From Bacteroidota bacterium (GTDB taxonomy: Bacteria > Bacteroidota > Bacteroidia > Bacteroidales > UBA4417), in contig JBAXBJ010000001.1 of assembly GCA_037142075.1 (NCBI GenBank), positions 93,617-157,616 of the forward strand: a stretch of 64,000 nucleotides of DNA, read 5' to 3'. The notes under the pieces were generated by a model. It was not told where the DNA came from, ran no database searches, and worked only from the letters and a program-made list of their open reading frames with translations. Made by a program: the position numbers and the translations under genes. Positions 18,958-29,439 of the stretch are shown piece after piece (position 1 is the stretch's first letter; each line of letters begins with the position of its first letter).

Positions 18958-20685
18958 CTACTTCACAAACCCAATCCTGCTCCGCTGTTGGGATTTGCCG
19001 ATATTTTCCTCTTTGAGGTAGTTAATAATCAGCGCAAGCTCTGGTCGGTCAGTTCCATATAATGCCCGTTGCATTACCAGTTTCCGCTGGACATTTTCGA
19101 TGATGGCTCCCGTGATCTCATACTTGGATAAGATCATGAGTTCCTGCTGGTTCAACCACGGTATTTTATCAGACCATATCTTTCTGCGGACTTCAATACT
19201 CGGCTTTTCAAATTTCTTCTTTATTATAAACCTCCTATAGAAACTATCGTCAAAATTATCCTGAAGGTTGGTCGTTGATAGCAAAATTCCATTTAGGGTC
19301 TCAAATTCATTCAACAGAATAGTGATTATGACATTATTCGTAGTCTGGATGCTTTGATTTGCAATATCACCACCATGTCGCTTACCTAAAATTCCATCTG
19401 CTTCATTTAGCAGAAATATTGGAGCCAACGTTGATTTCACAACCATCTCACGATAAAAATCGAATGCTTTTTTAATCAATTTTTCACTTTCGGAATAGTA
19501 CATCGATTTTGCCTCACTAAGCTTGAAATTAAATATATCCCTGCCCGTTTTTTTAGCAATGGTATAACAGAGCTGAGTCTTTGAAGTACCTGCTTCACCG
19601 TAAAACAACATACACAAGCCTTCGGGTAAACCATCGTCAGCCAACCGTTTCACCATGTTTTGATAGTTTTCTGGTTGAAGAATATCAATGATGAAATCGA
19701 TTTCTTTTTGATCCTCTTCAGTATAGAAAAGGTGTTTTTCAACAATATCTTCAGTTTTGATAATCTGGAATTGTTTGTTCGGTGCTGTTTTTGTTTTGTT
19801 AAACATTTCAGCATTTTCTCCAACCAAAAGCACCCATGCTTTTTCGCTCAAATGAACAGAAGAGTCTTGTCGGAAATAACCTTTTACAAGTTCAACAAGT
19901 TCAAACTTTTGGAGCGGGTGTTCATTGTTTATGAACTGCTTTCGAATCCTCATGTTTTCTTTTATGTCAGGAAAAAGAAAACAAACCAACTTAGTTAGAT
20001 CAACTTCATCATTTGGATCATCGAGGAAAGCACTACATAAACATAAAAACAAAATCTGATCTTGGTTATCTAAATTTATCACCCTGAGGTCTTTAACAAA
20101 CTGGATGTCATTATTTTGCTCCAGCGTTTCGTTCACGACTGAGTATACTTCGGCTTCATTCTGATACTCGTCTTTTGAGCTAATTACATTTGTGATAATT
20201 TTCAATAAATCAAAAACATCAGCAACTTTTCGTGATGCGGGGGAATATTTTTCATTAGTTGTAAGGGCATGATAAAAATCCTTGTTGACAAAATACTCTT
20301 GCGAATTTAGCTGAGTTTGTCTGCGCCTTTTTCTGTTGTCTTCGGCTGTCGGTCTAATAAATTGCCGATCAATCAGGATTTTTATCTGTGGAATGTGTTT
20401 TGCAAGCGTTATCGGACTGATATCAAAGAATCGTGAAAGCTCAGTAAACTCAACCGAATTTGATTGAAGATTTATAGTAATAAGTGCTGAAAGCAAAATA
20501 GTTTGAAGCTCGGTAATTCCGTAAAAATCAGCCACAATCTGAACATGTGGGCGAACCAAATCTTTGAATTCCTCAGACAGGTTAGACTCATAGGCTTGAT
20601 TGGCAATGATCTCAACATTGTCAAGTATTGAAAGCGTTTCGATATCTTCTATCATTTGAAAGGGTTGTTTCGTTTTATTGGTCAT
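18958..20685 (-). CDS. AAA+ ATPase with N-terminal winged-helix-like regions
   Basis: GEAGTSKT Walker A variant, FLLNEAD Walker B, TTN, D..FYRRF, C-terminal RIGF. Confidence 0.85.
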   Translation of the reverse strand: MTNKTKQPFQMIEDIETLSILDNVEIIANQAYESNLSEEFKDLVRPHVQIVADFYGITELQTILLSALITINLQSNSVEFTELSRFFDISPITLAKHIPQIKILIDRQFIRPTAEDNRKRRRQTQLNSQEYFVNKDFYHALTTNEKYSPASRKVADVFDLLKIITNVISSKDEYQNEAEVYSVVNETLEQNNDIQFVKDLRVINLDNQDQILFLCLCSAFLDDPNDEVDLTKLVCFLFPDIKENMRIRKQFINNEHPLQKFELVELVKGYFRQDSSVHLSEKAWVLLVGENAEMFNKTKTAPNKQFQIIKTEDIVEKHLFYTEEDQKEIDFIIDILQPENYQNMVKRLADDGLPEGLCMLFYGEAGTSKTQLCYTIAKKTGRDIFNFKLSEAKSMYYSESEKLIKKAFDFYREMVVKSTLAPIFLLNEADGILGKRHGGDIANQSIQTTNNVIITILLNEFETLNGILLSTTNLQDNFDDSFYRRFIIKKKFEKPSIEVRRKIWSDKIPWLNQQELMILSKYEITGAIIENVQRKLVMQRALYGTDRPELALIINYLKEENIGKSQQRSRIGFVK

Positions 20686-21239
20686 GCGTTATTATCTAAT
20701 AATTCATCCCAAGAGTCCAGAAGTAACTGCTCCAATGGTGTAGTAGGAGTTTCAACGGTTGAACTATAATGAGTCGCAATTTGATTGATTCCCATCAATA
20801 TCTTTAGAATTGAAATAGGTTTTCCATGGTTATCAGTTTTAAATTCTTCAAAATACAAGGTGGTTTCGTTTTCCTCATCTAATACCGAATGGTAAGTAAG
20901 TCGAATAGATTCATAGATTAGTTCAGTATCATCCGATTTGCCGAAACACTTTATTTTTGCTAATGATCTGTCGGTTTTTATGTTGATTTTTTGGCTAAGG
21001 TGTAAAATGAGTCGTTGTTTGTAAATTTGATTGTCAAAATAAATTTCGCCATACAAGTTTAAATACATTGGTTTAGGCACATACGGATATATTTTTTTTA
21101 CTTTATCAGGGGTCATGGATTCCATGATTTCTACCATCTCCTCATAAGTACAAGGCTCATTATCATCCCATCTAATTATCCGTGAATTGGATTTATCAGT
21201 GTAAGTTTCCCATTCAACTCTTGTTATCATAGATTTCAA
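20682..21239 (-). CDS. hypothetical protein
   Basis: 185-aa ORF with 4-bp overlaps to both neighbours. Confidence 0.7.
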   Translation of the reverse strand: MKSMITRVEWETYTDKSNSRIIRWDDNEPCTYEEMVEIMESMTPDKVKKIYPYVPKPMYLNLYGEIYFDNQIYKQRLILHLSQKINIKTDRSLAKIKCFGKSDDTELIYESIRLTYHSVLDEENETTLYFEEFKTDNHGKPISILKILMGINQIATHYSSTVETPTTPLEQLLLDSWDELLDNNA

Positions 21240-22774
21240 TTTGAAGGTTTATGTGATAAAGAAACTACCCAATTCTGAACAAATTGATTAGCCTCAGTTT
21301 TGTAACCATTTTTCGCCAAATGGGGTGACATTATGAGCTGGGTCTCGATTTTGTTTTTGCTGACATAAATGGCTTCTGTAAGTTTAAGAGCTTTTTTATA
21401 CCGCTTACGTTTCAACGCTAATAACGGCATGTAGGAGTAAATATAATTTTTACAATTCCATTCTAAGGTCATCTTTGTGGCTAATCCGAAAAGCCCGTTT
21501 TCAGCAAATGATAGTGTAATTTTATTACACAATTCATCAGCCACTTTAGTGTCGTCCAAAAAATAAACCGTGTCAGATGCAACTTTGCATAAACGCTTAA
21601 TCTCTGAATTGTTGGTGGACGAATTTGTGATTTCGTTTTCCCTAACCAGTTTCTTAATTTGCTTAAGGATAGTGAAAATCGCACAACTCACATCCGTTGT
21701 GTGATTTTGATCCATCATCCAACCACCATTGCAGCCAACACCACCCCATTTTTCGCATAAAAGATCATAAGCCTGTGCGGTATATTCATAAAAAATTGTT
21801 GAGGAGAACAGATAGTTAAATACTAAACAGCCCTGCTCAAAATCAAGCACTTTATCGATTCGGTATAACACATCTTCAACACGCATTTTGAGCTCATCAG
21901 GACGACCAAAGATCATTTCAATTTCGGCAAGCTCAGTAGCACACATACTTTGAATAAACAAATCATCCATATCTCCAACAAGTTCTACGGCTTCATCTAT
22001 CATGACATCTACGACCAAGGTGTTTTTAGTCCGAATATGGTATAATATAATCTGAACTAAAACCTCAAACCTGATTAAAGGCTGATCCTGATGCCCAAGC
22101 ATTTCAAAAGCTTTATCATAAAGGTCATTTTTGAGATACGCTTCAGCCAGCTCTGAATAAAGAAAAGCACTTTTTGGGTAACTTTTATATTGAAATGTAA
22201 TATTCTCCGCTTCGTCAAATTCTTTCTTTAACAGATGAGCCGCAAATATTGCTTCTATTACAAAGAATCTATCATCCCGTAAATAGATTTCATGTAACAT
22301 TTTTTTAGCCTTTTTATGGTTGTTTGCTTCAACGCAATTTTCAGCAATTTTCAGAAGTGCATTCTGGCACCTTTGAGTTTCGAGCTTTGAATAGAAGAAA
22401 ATTAATGAGTTAACGTATTTGTCATCAGCAAAATCACCTAAGGTTAATAGGACAGACAAACCCTGTTCGTGTCTGTTTAAATCTATGCCATTGAGCATTG
22501 GTTCTATATCAACACCCAAAACGTGTAGGTCTATTAATAGCTGGAACAGATATTTATCAGGCACCAGATCAAACAATTTCGCTGGGGAATTACCCGTTGA
22601 AATCAAAAGTTCATTCATCAAAATACCGACTACTTTTAATTTTTCGGTTTCATCCAGAGATACCTCATATAGTTTGCCGTGTAAACTGGCAATTATAGCT
22701 AAGGTAGCCTCGTTAGAACTTATATTTTGTCCTTGAAAAAGATCGGATGTTTTGATGCCTGAAGGCTCTGTCAT
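21236..22774 (-). CDS. TPR-like helical repeat protein
   Basis: Repeated LAEAYL...YDKAFE-type helices. Confidence 0.7.
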   Translation of the reverse strand: MTEPSGIKTSDLFQGQNISSNEATLAIIASLHGKLYEVSLDETEKLKVVGILMNELLISTGNSPAKLFDLVPDKYLFQLLIDLHVLGVDIEPMLNGIDLNRHEQGLSVLLTLGDFADDKYVNSLIFFYSKLETQRCQNALLKIAENCVEANNHKKAKKMLHEIYLRDDRFFVIEAIFAAHLLKKEFDEAENITFQYKSYPKSAFLYSELAEAYLKNDLYDKAFEMLGHQDQPLIRFEVLVQIILYHIRTKNTLVVDVMIDEAVELVGDMDDLFIQSMCATELAEIEMIFGRPDELKMRVEDVLYRIDKVLDFEQGCLVFNYLFSSTIFYEYTAQAYDLLCEKWGGVGCNGGWMMDQNHTTDVSCAIFTILKQIKKLVRENEITNSSTNNSEIKRLCKVASDTVYFLDDTKVADELCNKITLSFAENGLFGLATKMTLEWNCKNYIYSYMPLLALKRKRYKKALKLTEAIYVSKNKIETQLIMSPHLAKNGYKTEANQFVQNWVVSLSHKPSN

Positions 22775-22792
22775 ATTTATCGTTTTTTAGGT

Positions 22793-23164
22793 TTATTTTC
22801 TGTCTCTTGTTCGTGACCAGATCAAATATAGGAATACATATACGAAAATGGAGGCATAGAACTTTTGGTGAGTAGTTACTGAGTTTATCAGTCCTTGTTT
22901 TTTAATATCACCCACCATTGCACCAGCTAAATCTTTTACACTTGCAGTAAGGGAATCAAAACTCGCAACTATATCTTTAATCTCAGTCGGTTTGCCTTTT
23001 GGCGGATAGGTTATCTCTCCACCCTTCGTGTCCATAGCGAAAGCTGAAGCCCCGCATCCACATACAAGAGCTATCAACAATCCACAAAGAAGCAACCGTG
23101 CTCGCATAGAACATCCTCCGTATTTCGTAAAAAGTGTGTGGTGTTGGAACCCGTTCAGCCCCAA
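22793..23164 (-). CDS. small membrane protein (true start probably the internal MRARLL)
   Basis: Signal-like segment and C-terminal TM helix. Confidence 0.5.
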   Translation of the reverse strand: MGLNGFQHHTLFTKYGGCSMRARLLLCGLLIALVCGCGASAFAMDTKGGEITYPPKGKPTEIKDIVASFDSLTASVKDLAGAMVGDIKKQGLINSVTTHQKFYASIFVYVFLYLIWSRTRDRK

Positions 23165-23271
23165 TTTTTTTTATCCAGAATTTAATCGTACTTTTATTGT
23201 ACGCCAAATTGCTATACAAAGCTAACACTTTTTTTCGAATAAAAAAAATGACTAATACAGCTATCTGACAT

Positions 23272-23571
23272 ATGTTTAGAAACATCAATGATATCAAGGC
23301 TTTTAGGCTTTATCAGAAGACAAAGGTGATCCTATTCATCTTGATTTTGATCGTACCTTTTTCATTCTTTCTTCTATATTTTGATGCTTTGTTTACTTTT
23401 CTTCTACTTAATAGTCAGGATTTATCTATTCTGAATCATCTATTTGAATTTTCTTGGTGGCGTATAATGATATTTATTTTCATCCAATATTCAGTCCTTT
23501 TGGTACTTGGATCAATTTTGTATTACACAACTAAAATTATTATCAAAGAAAAGGACTGGTTCCTTAGTTAG
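23272..23571 (+). CDS. small membrane protein
   Basis: 99 aa with two hydrophobic helices. Confidence 0.5.
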   Translation: MFRNINDIKAFRLYQKTKVILFILILIVPFSFFLLYFDALFTFLLLNSQDLSILNHLFEFSWWRIMIFIFIQYSVLLVLGSILYYTTKIIIKEKDWFLS

Positions 23572-23589
23572 TCGTTAACCCAATATCCT

Positions 23590-25566
23590 ATGAAGCCCAG
23601 ATATTTAACAAAAAGTCGCTTCAAACTCGCCCTTGAATGCGAGACCAAACTTTTTTACACTAACAAAAAAGAGTACCCCGATACAAAGGTTGATGATCCA
23701 TTTTTAGTGGCTTTAGCAGAGGGCGGATTTCAGGTGGAAGAACTTGCACGGCTTTATCACTCTGGTGGAGTTTTAGTCGATGGTTGGGATTATGACAAAG
23801 TAATTGAGACAACCAATTCGCTACTACTTCAGGATAAAGTTATTATTTATCAAGCTGCTTTTAAATTTCATAACCTTTTTATTCGGGCGGATATTCTTGT
23901 TAAAGAAGGTAATAGAATTAAACTTATCGAGGTAAAAGCAAAATCGTTTGAGGGCAAGGATTCCATGGATTTTCTGAATAAGAGTAACTGTCTGGATTCA
24001 AAATGGACACCTTATATATATGACGTTGCTTTCCAAAAATATGTAATCACAAAAGCTCATCCTGCACTTGAAGTTTGGTCATATTTAATGTTGGCGAATA
24101 AAAATGCAAGAACTTCAGTTGATGGGCTGAACCAACAGTTTTTAATAACCCGAAATAAAGACGGGTACCCTGAAATAAAGAATAAAGCAGGGTTATCAAC
24201 CTTAACCTTGGGTAACGAAATCCTTCTCAAGGTCAAAATCGATGATATTATTGAGCGGATTTATTCAGGCAACGATGCTGCTGATTTCCCCGAGATACTT
24301 TTTAAAGATCGGATAAAGTTACTATCAGATTATTACAAAAAGGATAAAAAAATTGAAAGTTCATTGGGCAGTAAATGTAAAAACTGTGAATTTTATTGCG
24401 AACCAGATCAACTTAAAGCTGGGATGAAATCTGGGTATCACGAGTGTTGGCATTCCATGGCGGAATTCACAGATCATGATTTCAGCAAACCTTCCGTTTT
24501 AGACCTATGGGATTTCCGAAAGAAAGATCAATCAATTCAGGATGGAAAATACTTCTTGGAAGACTTAGATGGTGATGATATTGGTGACGCTAAGTCGAAA
24601 AAAAGCGGAATGACCCGAACTGAACGTCAGCGAATCCAGATTCAAAAAGCTGTTGAGAATGATAACTCCATGGATTTGCGAATAGACGAACTTAAGACTG
24701 AAATGGATTCATGGAAATACCCTCTGCATTTCATAGACTTTGAGACCACGGCTGTGGCGATACCATTCCATCGAAACATGCGCCCATACGAAGGCATAGC
24801 TTTCCAATTTTCGCATCATACTATTGATGAAAATGGTTGTATTAAGCATGCTGGACAATACCTAAATGTCGAACTGGGGAAGTTCCCGAATTTTGATTTT
24901 GTCCGAACCTTGAAGAAGGAATTGGATCAGGATGAAGGCACCGTCTTTCGTTATGCAGCTCACGAAAATAGCTACTTGAACATGATTTATGTTCAGCTAA
25001 AAGAGGTTCCTATTAGTGAAGTTCCTGATAAGGATGAGCTTTGTACATGGATTCGAACCATTACCCACAGCACCGAAAAACAAACTAAAAAATGGGTAGG
25101 TGACAGGAATATGGTCGATCTTTTGGATATGGTAAAAAGATTCTACTATGATCCGTATACCAAGGGCTCCAACTCTATCAAAGCCATTTTACCAGCAGTT
25201 CTAAACCGCAGTAAGTTTCTTCAGGAAAAATACTCCAAACCTATATACGGAACTGATGTAATACCAAGCCATAATTATAATGATAAAGTTTGGATAGAAA
25301 TTAAAGACGGAATCGTAACGAACCCATACAAATTGCTTCCGCCAATTTTTGAGGGCAGAACTGACGAAGTACTCGAAGAATACATTACTGATCCGACCTT
25401 GGCTGAAGGTGGTGCTGCTATGATGGCATACTCAAAGATGCAATTCGCAGAGATGTCGGATACTGAGAAAGAATTGGTTAGCATGGGGTTACTAAAATAC
25501 TGTGAATTAGACACTTTTGCAATGGTATTGATATGGGAGTTTTTCAGGAACGAGATTTATGGTTGA
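23590..25566 (+). CDS. DUF2779 protein (PD-(D/E)XK nuclease-like plus DEDD/RNase H-like domain)
   Basis: YLTKSRFK..EC.TKL, RADIL..LIEVKAK, IDFET, FQFSHH, GSNSIKAILP, LLKYCELDT. Confidence 0.85.
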   Translation: MKPRYLTKSRFKLALECETKLFYTNKKEYPDTKVDDPFLVALAEGGFQVEELARLYHSGGVLVDGWDYDKVIETTNSLLLQDKVIIYQAAFKFHNLFIRADILVKEGNRIKLIEVKAKSFEGKDSMDFLNKSNCLDSKWTPYIYDVAFQKYVITKAHPALEVWSYLMLANKNARTSVDGLNQQFLITRNKDGYPEIKNKAGLSTLTLGNEILLKVKIDDIIERIYSGNDAADFPEILFKDRIKLLSDYYKKDKKIESSLGSKCKNCEFYCEPDQLKAGMKSGYHECWHSMAEFTDHDFSKPSVLDLWDFRKKDQSIQDGKYFLEDLDGDDIGDAKSKKSGMTRTERQRIQIQKAVENDNSMDLRIDELKTEMDSWKYPLHFIDFETTAVAIPFHRNMRPYEGIAFQFSHHTIDENGCIKHAGQYLNVELGKFPNFDFVRTLKKELDQDEGTVFRYAAHENSYLNMIYVQLKEVPISEVPDKDELCTWIRTITHSTEKQTKKWVGDRNMVDLLDMVKRFYYDPYTKGSNSIKAILPAVLNRSKFLQEKYSKPIYGTDVIPSHNYNDKVWIEIKDGIVTNPYKLLPPIFEGRTDEVLEEYITDPTLAEGGAAMMAYSKMQFAEMSDTEKELVSMGLLKYCELDTFAMVLIWEFFRNEIYG

Positions 25567-25590
25567 AAAAAATAAAATCATAATAATTCG

Positions 25591-26145
25591 CTACTCCCAT
25601 ACACTCCATCCCTCAGGTAATATTTCCAATTTTGAACCTGAGTAAGTTGCTGAAATTAGTTCAACAATTTTTGTAGGTATAGCTATTTTTTCAAAAGTGT
25701 TAACATTTTGAATCAATTTGGGATGACTTCCTTTAATGCCAATAATCAATATGTCAGCATTGGCGGTTATATCTTCCATGTAATCGTTATTTCTTACCAT
25801 GCAATGGTGATAATGGAAACCCCAAGAATTCATAATCGTTAAACCTTGAGCCAGACCTTGATTTGCTACCCATAAGAATACCACGGAATCCTGTTCCCCC
25901 AGATTGTCAATAGGTAACTGGGTAAGATCGGTATAGAATGGGATAGTCAAATTTGCAATAAAAACTTGGTATTTCCCTTCAGGAATATTAGTCATAATTT
26001 TTTTTTCCTCAAGCTCAAGTTCATGAAACATACTGTTTTTAGCTTCGAAAAATAATTTGACTTCATCTTCTTGCATATGATTGACAAGCATGTCGAATTC
26101 ATCTTCAACTTCCAACATATAGATTGGTTTTATTTCAATTTTCAT
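25591..26145 (-). CDS. degenerate MT-A70-family methyltransferase-like protein
   Basis: GKYQVFIA, LPIDNLGEQDSVVFLWV, IMNSWGFHY; DPPW motif absent. Confidence 0.65.
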   Translation of the reverse strand: MKIEIKPIYMLEVEDEFDMLVNHMQEDEVKLFFEAKNSMFHELELEEKKIMTNIPEGKYQVFIANLTIPFYTDLTQLPIDNLGEQDSVVFLWVANQGLAQGLTIMNSWGFHYHHCMVRNNDYMEDITANADILIIGIKGSHPKLIQNVNTFEKIAIPTKIVELISATYSGSKLEILPEGWSVWE

Positions 26146-26359
26146 TTTCTATAGTCATGATTTTTTGACCGTTTAGGTAATTTTGAAATATCTGATCTTT
26201 CAAAGTTTCGGTTTCAAACAGTGTTCGTAATGCCCTGCGAAAGGTTCCTGTCACATTTGAATCAAATTGTTTCATGAATTCTGTAAACTGCTGATTTTGT
26301 TCATTGTCAAGTATGACACGGTACTCATGGTACTCTTTTGTCTTGGTTACTTTTTTCAT
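26135..26359 (-). CDS. small putative RHH-type DNA-binding protein
   Basis: 74 aa, YRVILD strand followed by two helices. Confidence 0.55.
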   Translation of the reverse strand: MKKVTKTKEYHEYRVILDNEQNQQFTEFMKQFDSNVTGTFRRALRTLFETETLKDQIFQNYLNGQKIMTIENEN

Positions 26360-26477
26360 TTTGTATATTTATTTTAACACTATATATAAAAGGAATCGGG
26401 TCAAAAATGTCCATTTCAGCTAAAAAGTGTATAAATGAGAAAAAAAATAAAGAATTGTGGGTGGATTAAACACTAAA

Positions 26478-26503
26478 GGCAATCAATTGTGAAATTGATT
26501 GCC
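26478..26503 (-). terminator. hairpin, possible terminator
   Basis: GGCAATCAATT-gtga-AATTGATTGCC downstream of 26531..26887. Confidence 0.5.
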
Positions 26504-26530
26504 CATATTAGTCGGATGATAATTGGAATG

Positions 26531-26887
26531 TTACTGATAACGAGAACTGATAAATTTCAGTTTCTCATCCCTCACTTCAACTTTTTTATTTTTGTAGTAA
26601 ATAATGATATTTGTTCCTGAAGTGGCGACTTTACTTAAACCAGAATAATAACCTGATGAAATGTATTTCAACCCCTGCGATCTCACTTCAACCTTATTAT
26701 TCTTATACCAAATCACGACAATTTTATCTCCCGCAACTGCATCCATCATGTTTGAATAATAGCCGCTTGCTATAAATTTACCATTAATGTTCCGAACTTC
26801 AACCTTGTCTCCTTTAGCTATGATAACCTGTCCGAAAGAATGGGAAATGGAAAATATAAGGATGACCAGAAAAATAATGCGTTTCAT
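26531..26887 (-). CDS. secreted protein with three KVEVR...SGYY repeats
   Basis: Signal peptide; internal repeats of about 37 aa. Confidence 0.75.
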   Translation of the reverse strand: MKRIIFLVILIFSISHSFGQVIIAKGDKVEVRNINGKFIASGYYSNMMDAVAGDKIVVIWYKNNKVEVRSQGLKYISSGYYSGLSKVATSGTNIIIYYKNKKVEVRDEKLKFISSRYQ

Positions 26888-27029
26888 GGTATTTGGGTTT
26901 TAACGTAACTTGATCCAAATACTGTGCCGCATTTATAAAATTTGCGGACAACGATTAGCACAGACCATTTGTTTGAAGATAAACCATCATCAAACAATTA
27001 TGACGCAATCAAGCTTTTAAAGTGCAATT

Positions 27030-27344
27030 TTAACGTCTTTTATTCCTTTTGGAAGCCCTGTTTCCACCAAAGAATCCCCATCCACCACTACCGATTATAA
27101 ACCCGAAAGCATACCATGCACCATTATTGTTCGTTGCATAAACCGTAATATCACTTCGGAATAGCATGAGTATCAAATCTATTGGTGCGATGATACCATG
27201 CAATAAACCATACCAGAATCCGTAGGTCTGACCTTTCAAACATTCTGTAACAACTTCTTTATTGGAACAGCCTGACAAGAAAAACACTATAGCCAACAGG
27301 AATAGTGTGATTGCGTAACCACTAATTTTTTGTGACTTTTTCAT
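27030..27344 (-). CDS. small membrane lipoprotein
   Basis: LSGC lipobox; GFWYGLLHG..P, NNNGAWYAFGF. Confidence 0.75.
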   Translation of the reverse strand: MKKSQKISGYAITLFLLAIVFFLSGCSNKEVVTECLKGQTYGFWYGLLHGIIAPIDLILMLFRSDITVYATNNNGAWYAFGFIIGSGGWGFFGGNRASKRNKRR

Positions 27345-27351
27345 CGTGTTG

Positions 27352-27642
27352 CTATTTTACTTTAACATTGCTTCTGACTTGGCTCTCAAACTCATCGGCT
27401 GGTTTGAAAGCTGGTATTACATGTGCTGGAATCTGGACAGTTGTGCCCTTTATAATATTTCTTCCTTTCTTTTCAGCCCGTTTTTTAAGTAAAAACGTTC
27501 CGAATCCTCTGAGATAAATGTTGTTTCCGTCAATCATAGATTGTTTCATGGTTGCCATAAAGGCTTCAACTATAACTGTAACTGTAGATTTTTCTACCCC
27601 TGATTTATTTACGATGTTTTGAATAATTTCTGCTTTTGTCAT
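27352..27642 (-). CDS. hup: HU/IHF family DNA-binding protein
   Basis: MTKAEI, IYLRGFGTF..KKRA.KKGRNI, IPAFKP. Confidence 0.9.
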   Translation of the reverse strand: MTKAEIIQNIVNKSGVEKSTVTVIVEAFMATMKQSMIDGNNIYLRGFGTFLLKKRAEKKGRNIIKGTTVQIPAHVIPAFKPADEFESQVRSNVKVK

Positions 27643-27786
27643 TTTAGTTTTAGGTTAGTGGTGAGTATTTTATTTTGACCTTAAAATTATAAATTATCTA
27701 AAGATCATAGAGATATCAACATGAATTTCTTTATCAATTCACCTCAAATATTAAATGTAAATTTGAATCTGTAAATTATATGTCTG

Positions 27787-29244
27787 ATGTCATCAAATTG
27801 GTATACGGTTAGCTGCGATGATTGCGGCTGTGAAATTGCAGTACATGAAGATTGGAGTAATGCACCAACATTATGCAAATCTTGTTTGCAACAAAGGAAA
27901 GACAAATGGTATGATGCTTCATGTTCGAGTTGTGGCTCGACAATACGTATTAATAGAGAATGGGATAAACCGCCCTCTCTTTGCAAAAGTTGTATCGAAA
28001 GAAAAAAGAATGATTGGTATGAAATAAGTTGTAAGCATTGTGGAACTTCTATTAGTGTTCGACATGACTGGGATAGTAAACCCACACTCTGTAAATCTTG
28101 TATTGCCAAAGAAAGAGCTCTGTGGTATGACAAATCCTGCAAACATTGCGGATCAACTATTAGCGTAAATAGAGAATGGTCGAACATCCCCGAACTTTGT
28201 AAGTCATGTATAGAAAAGGAGAAGGCTAAATGGTATCACAAATCGTGCAAGCATTGCGGGACAAGTATGAAGGTTTGTAGTGATTGGGAAAACATTCCCG
28301 ATTTATGCAAACCATGTATTGAAAGAGAAAAGGCTAAATGGTATAATAAACCGTGTAAACATTGTGGCTTAAGCATGAAAGTATGCAAGGATTGGGATAA
28401 TATTCCTGACTTGTGTAAATCTTGCATCGAGAAAGAAAGGGCTAAATGGTATGATAAATCATGCAAGAAATGTGGAAGCGTGATTAAAGTGAATAAAGAA
28501 TGGGGAAAAATTCCCGATTTATGCAAATCGTGTGTGGAAATTGAAAAGAAAAAATGGGTTGAAATTTCATGCAGTTGTTGTAGTAATAAAATCAGTATTA
28601 ATAAAGATTGGGAGAACCCGCCTACAATATGCAAGAGTTGCCTTTCAAAATATGAAGCGAAAGATAAAAGCTGTGTACAATGTGGGAAAAGTTTTAAACT
28701 AACGACTAAACTTCAAATTCGTTGCCATGAAAACGGCTGGAATTTACCCGAAATTTGCCCAGAATGTAAAACTGACGCACTTCTTATCAGAGGTGCGATT
28801 GGCTCCCTACGAGATCAATTTCCTTTTGCTTTAGAAACAACAATAGAAAAGAGAGGTTTTCTTTTCACTGATAAAGTTGCTGTAGTAAGAAGTAAAAAGA
28901 CAAGAGAAGTTGTAGCTGAAGTAAAAATGGATACACAAGGTTTTATCTTTGTCGAAAGGGTTGCTGTTGCTACAAATATTAAAACAAAGGAGAAAATTTC
29001 GAAAACATTTGAAAGTGTTGACGGTTTTTTATTTCCAGAAAGAACAGCCACTACCAAAGACTATAAAACTAATACAGCAACTCACATTACTAAAATTGTT
29101 GAAGAAGGGTTTTTATTCCCAGAACGCTTTAGTGAAACCAGAAGTGTTGACCACAACGATTCTACAGTAACTCGATCTAAAGAAAATACACGAGGAATTA
29201 TATTTAAAGAAAATTATGTGGATACCAATAAGAAGAAGCCCTAA
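27787..29244 (+). CDS. poly zinc-ribbon protein (8 x CxxC-x16-CxxC plus a zf-trcl-like finger) with C-terminal GFLF repeats
   Basis: Eight 36-aa repeats W(Y/V)xxxCxxC...W...P..CKxC visible in the translation. Confidence 0.85.
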   Translation: MSSNWYTVSCDDCGCEIAVHEDWSNAPTLCKSCLQQRKDKWYDASCSSCGSTIRINREWDKPPSLCKSCIERKKNDWYEISCKHCGTSISVRHDWDSKPTLCKSCIAKERALWYDKSCKHCGSTISVNREWSNIPELCKSCIEKEKAKWYHKSCKHCGTSMKVCSDWENIPDLCKPCIEREKAKWYNKPCKHCGLSMKVCKDWDNIPDLCKSCIEKERAKWYDKSCKKCGSVIKVNKEWGKIPDLCKSCVEIEKKKWVEISCSCCSNKISINKDWENPPTICKSCLSKYEAKDKSCVQCGKSFKLTTKLQIRCHENGWNLPEICPECKTDALLIRGAIGSLRDQFPFALETTIEKRGFLFTDKVAVVRSKKTREVVAEVKMDTQGFIFVERVAVATNIKTKEKISKTFESVDGFLFPERTATTKDYKTNTATHITKIVEEGFLFPERFSETRSVDHNDSTVTRSKENTRGIIFKENYVDTNKKKP

Positions 29245-29439
29245 TTATTTGAATGTAAATTAATTATACTCTTTCGTACTGGCTCAAATTTAAAAACAGG
29301 CAATAATTTAGCGTTTAGATTACCATCATCGAAGATGATAAAGAGTAGGTCTGATATTTGAATTATGGAAAGATAATGGTCTGGTCATATCCTTTTCCGT
29401 TAGACAAGGTGTCAGCGCAAAAATTTGGTTTTTTTATTT

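Noticed and set aside
27744-29170. Antisense and alternative-frame ORFs over the zinc-ribbon gene
   Set aside because: Shadows of the repetitive + strand CDS
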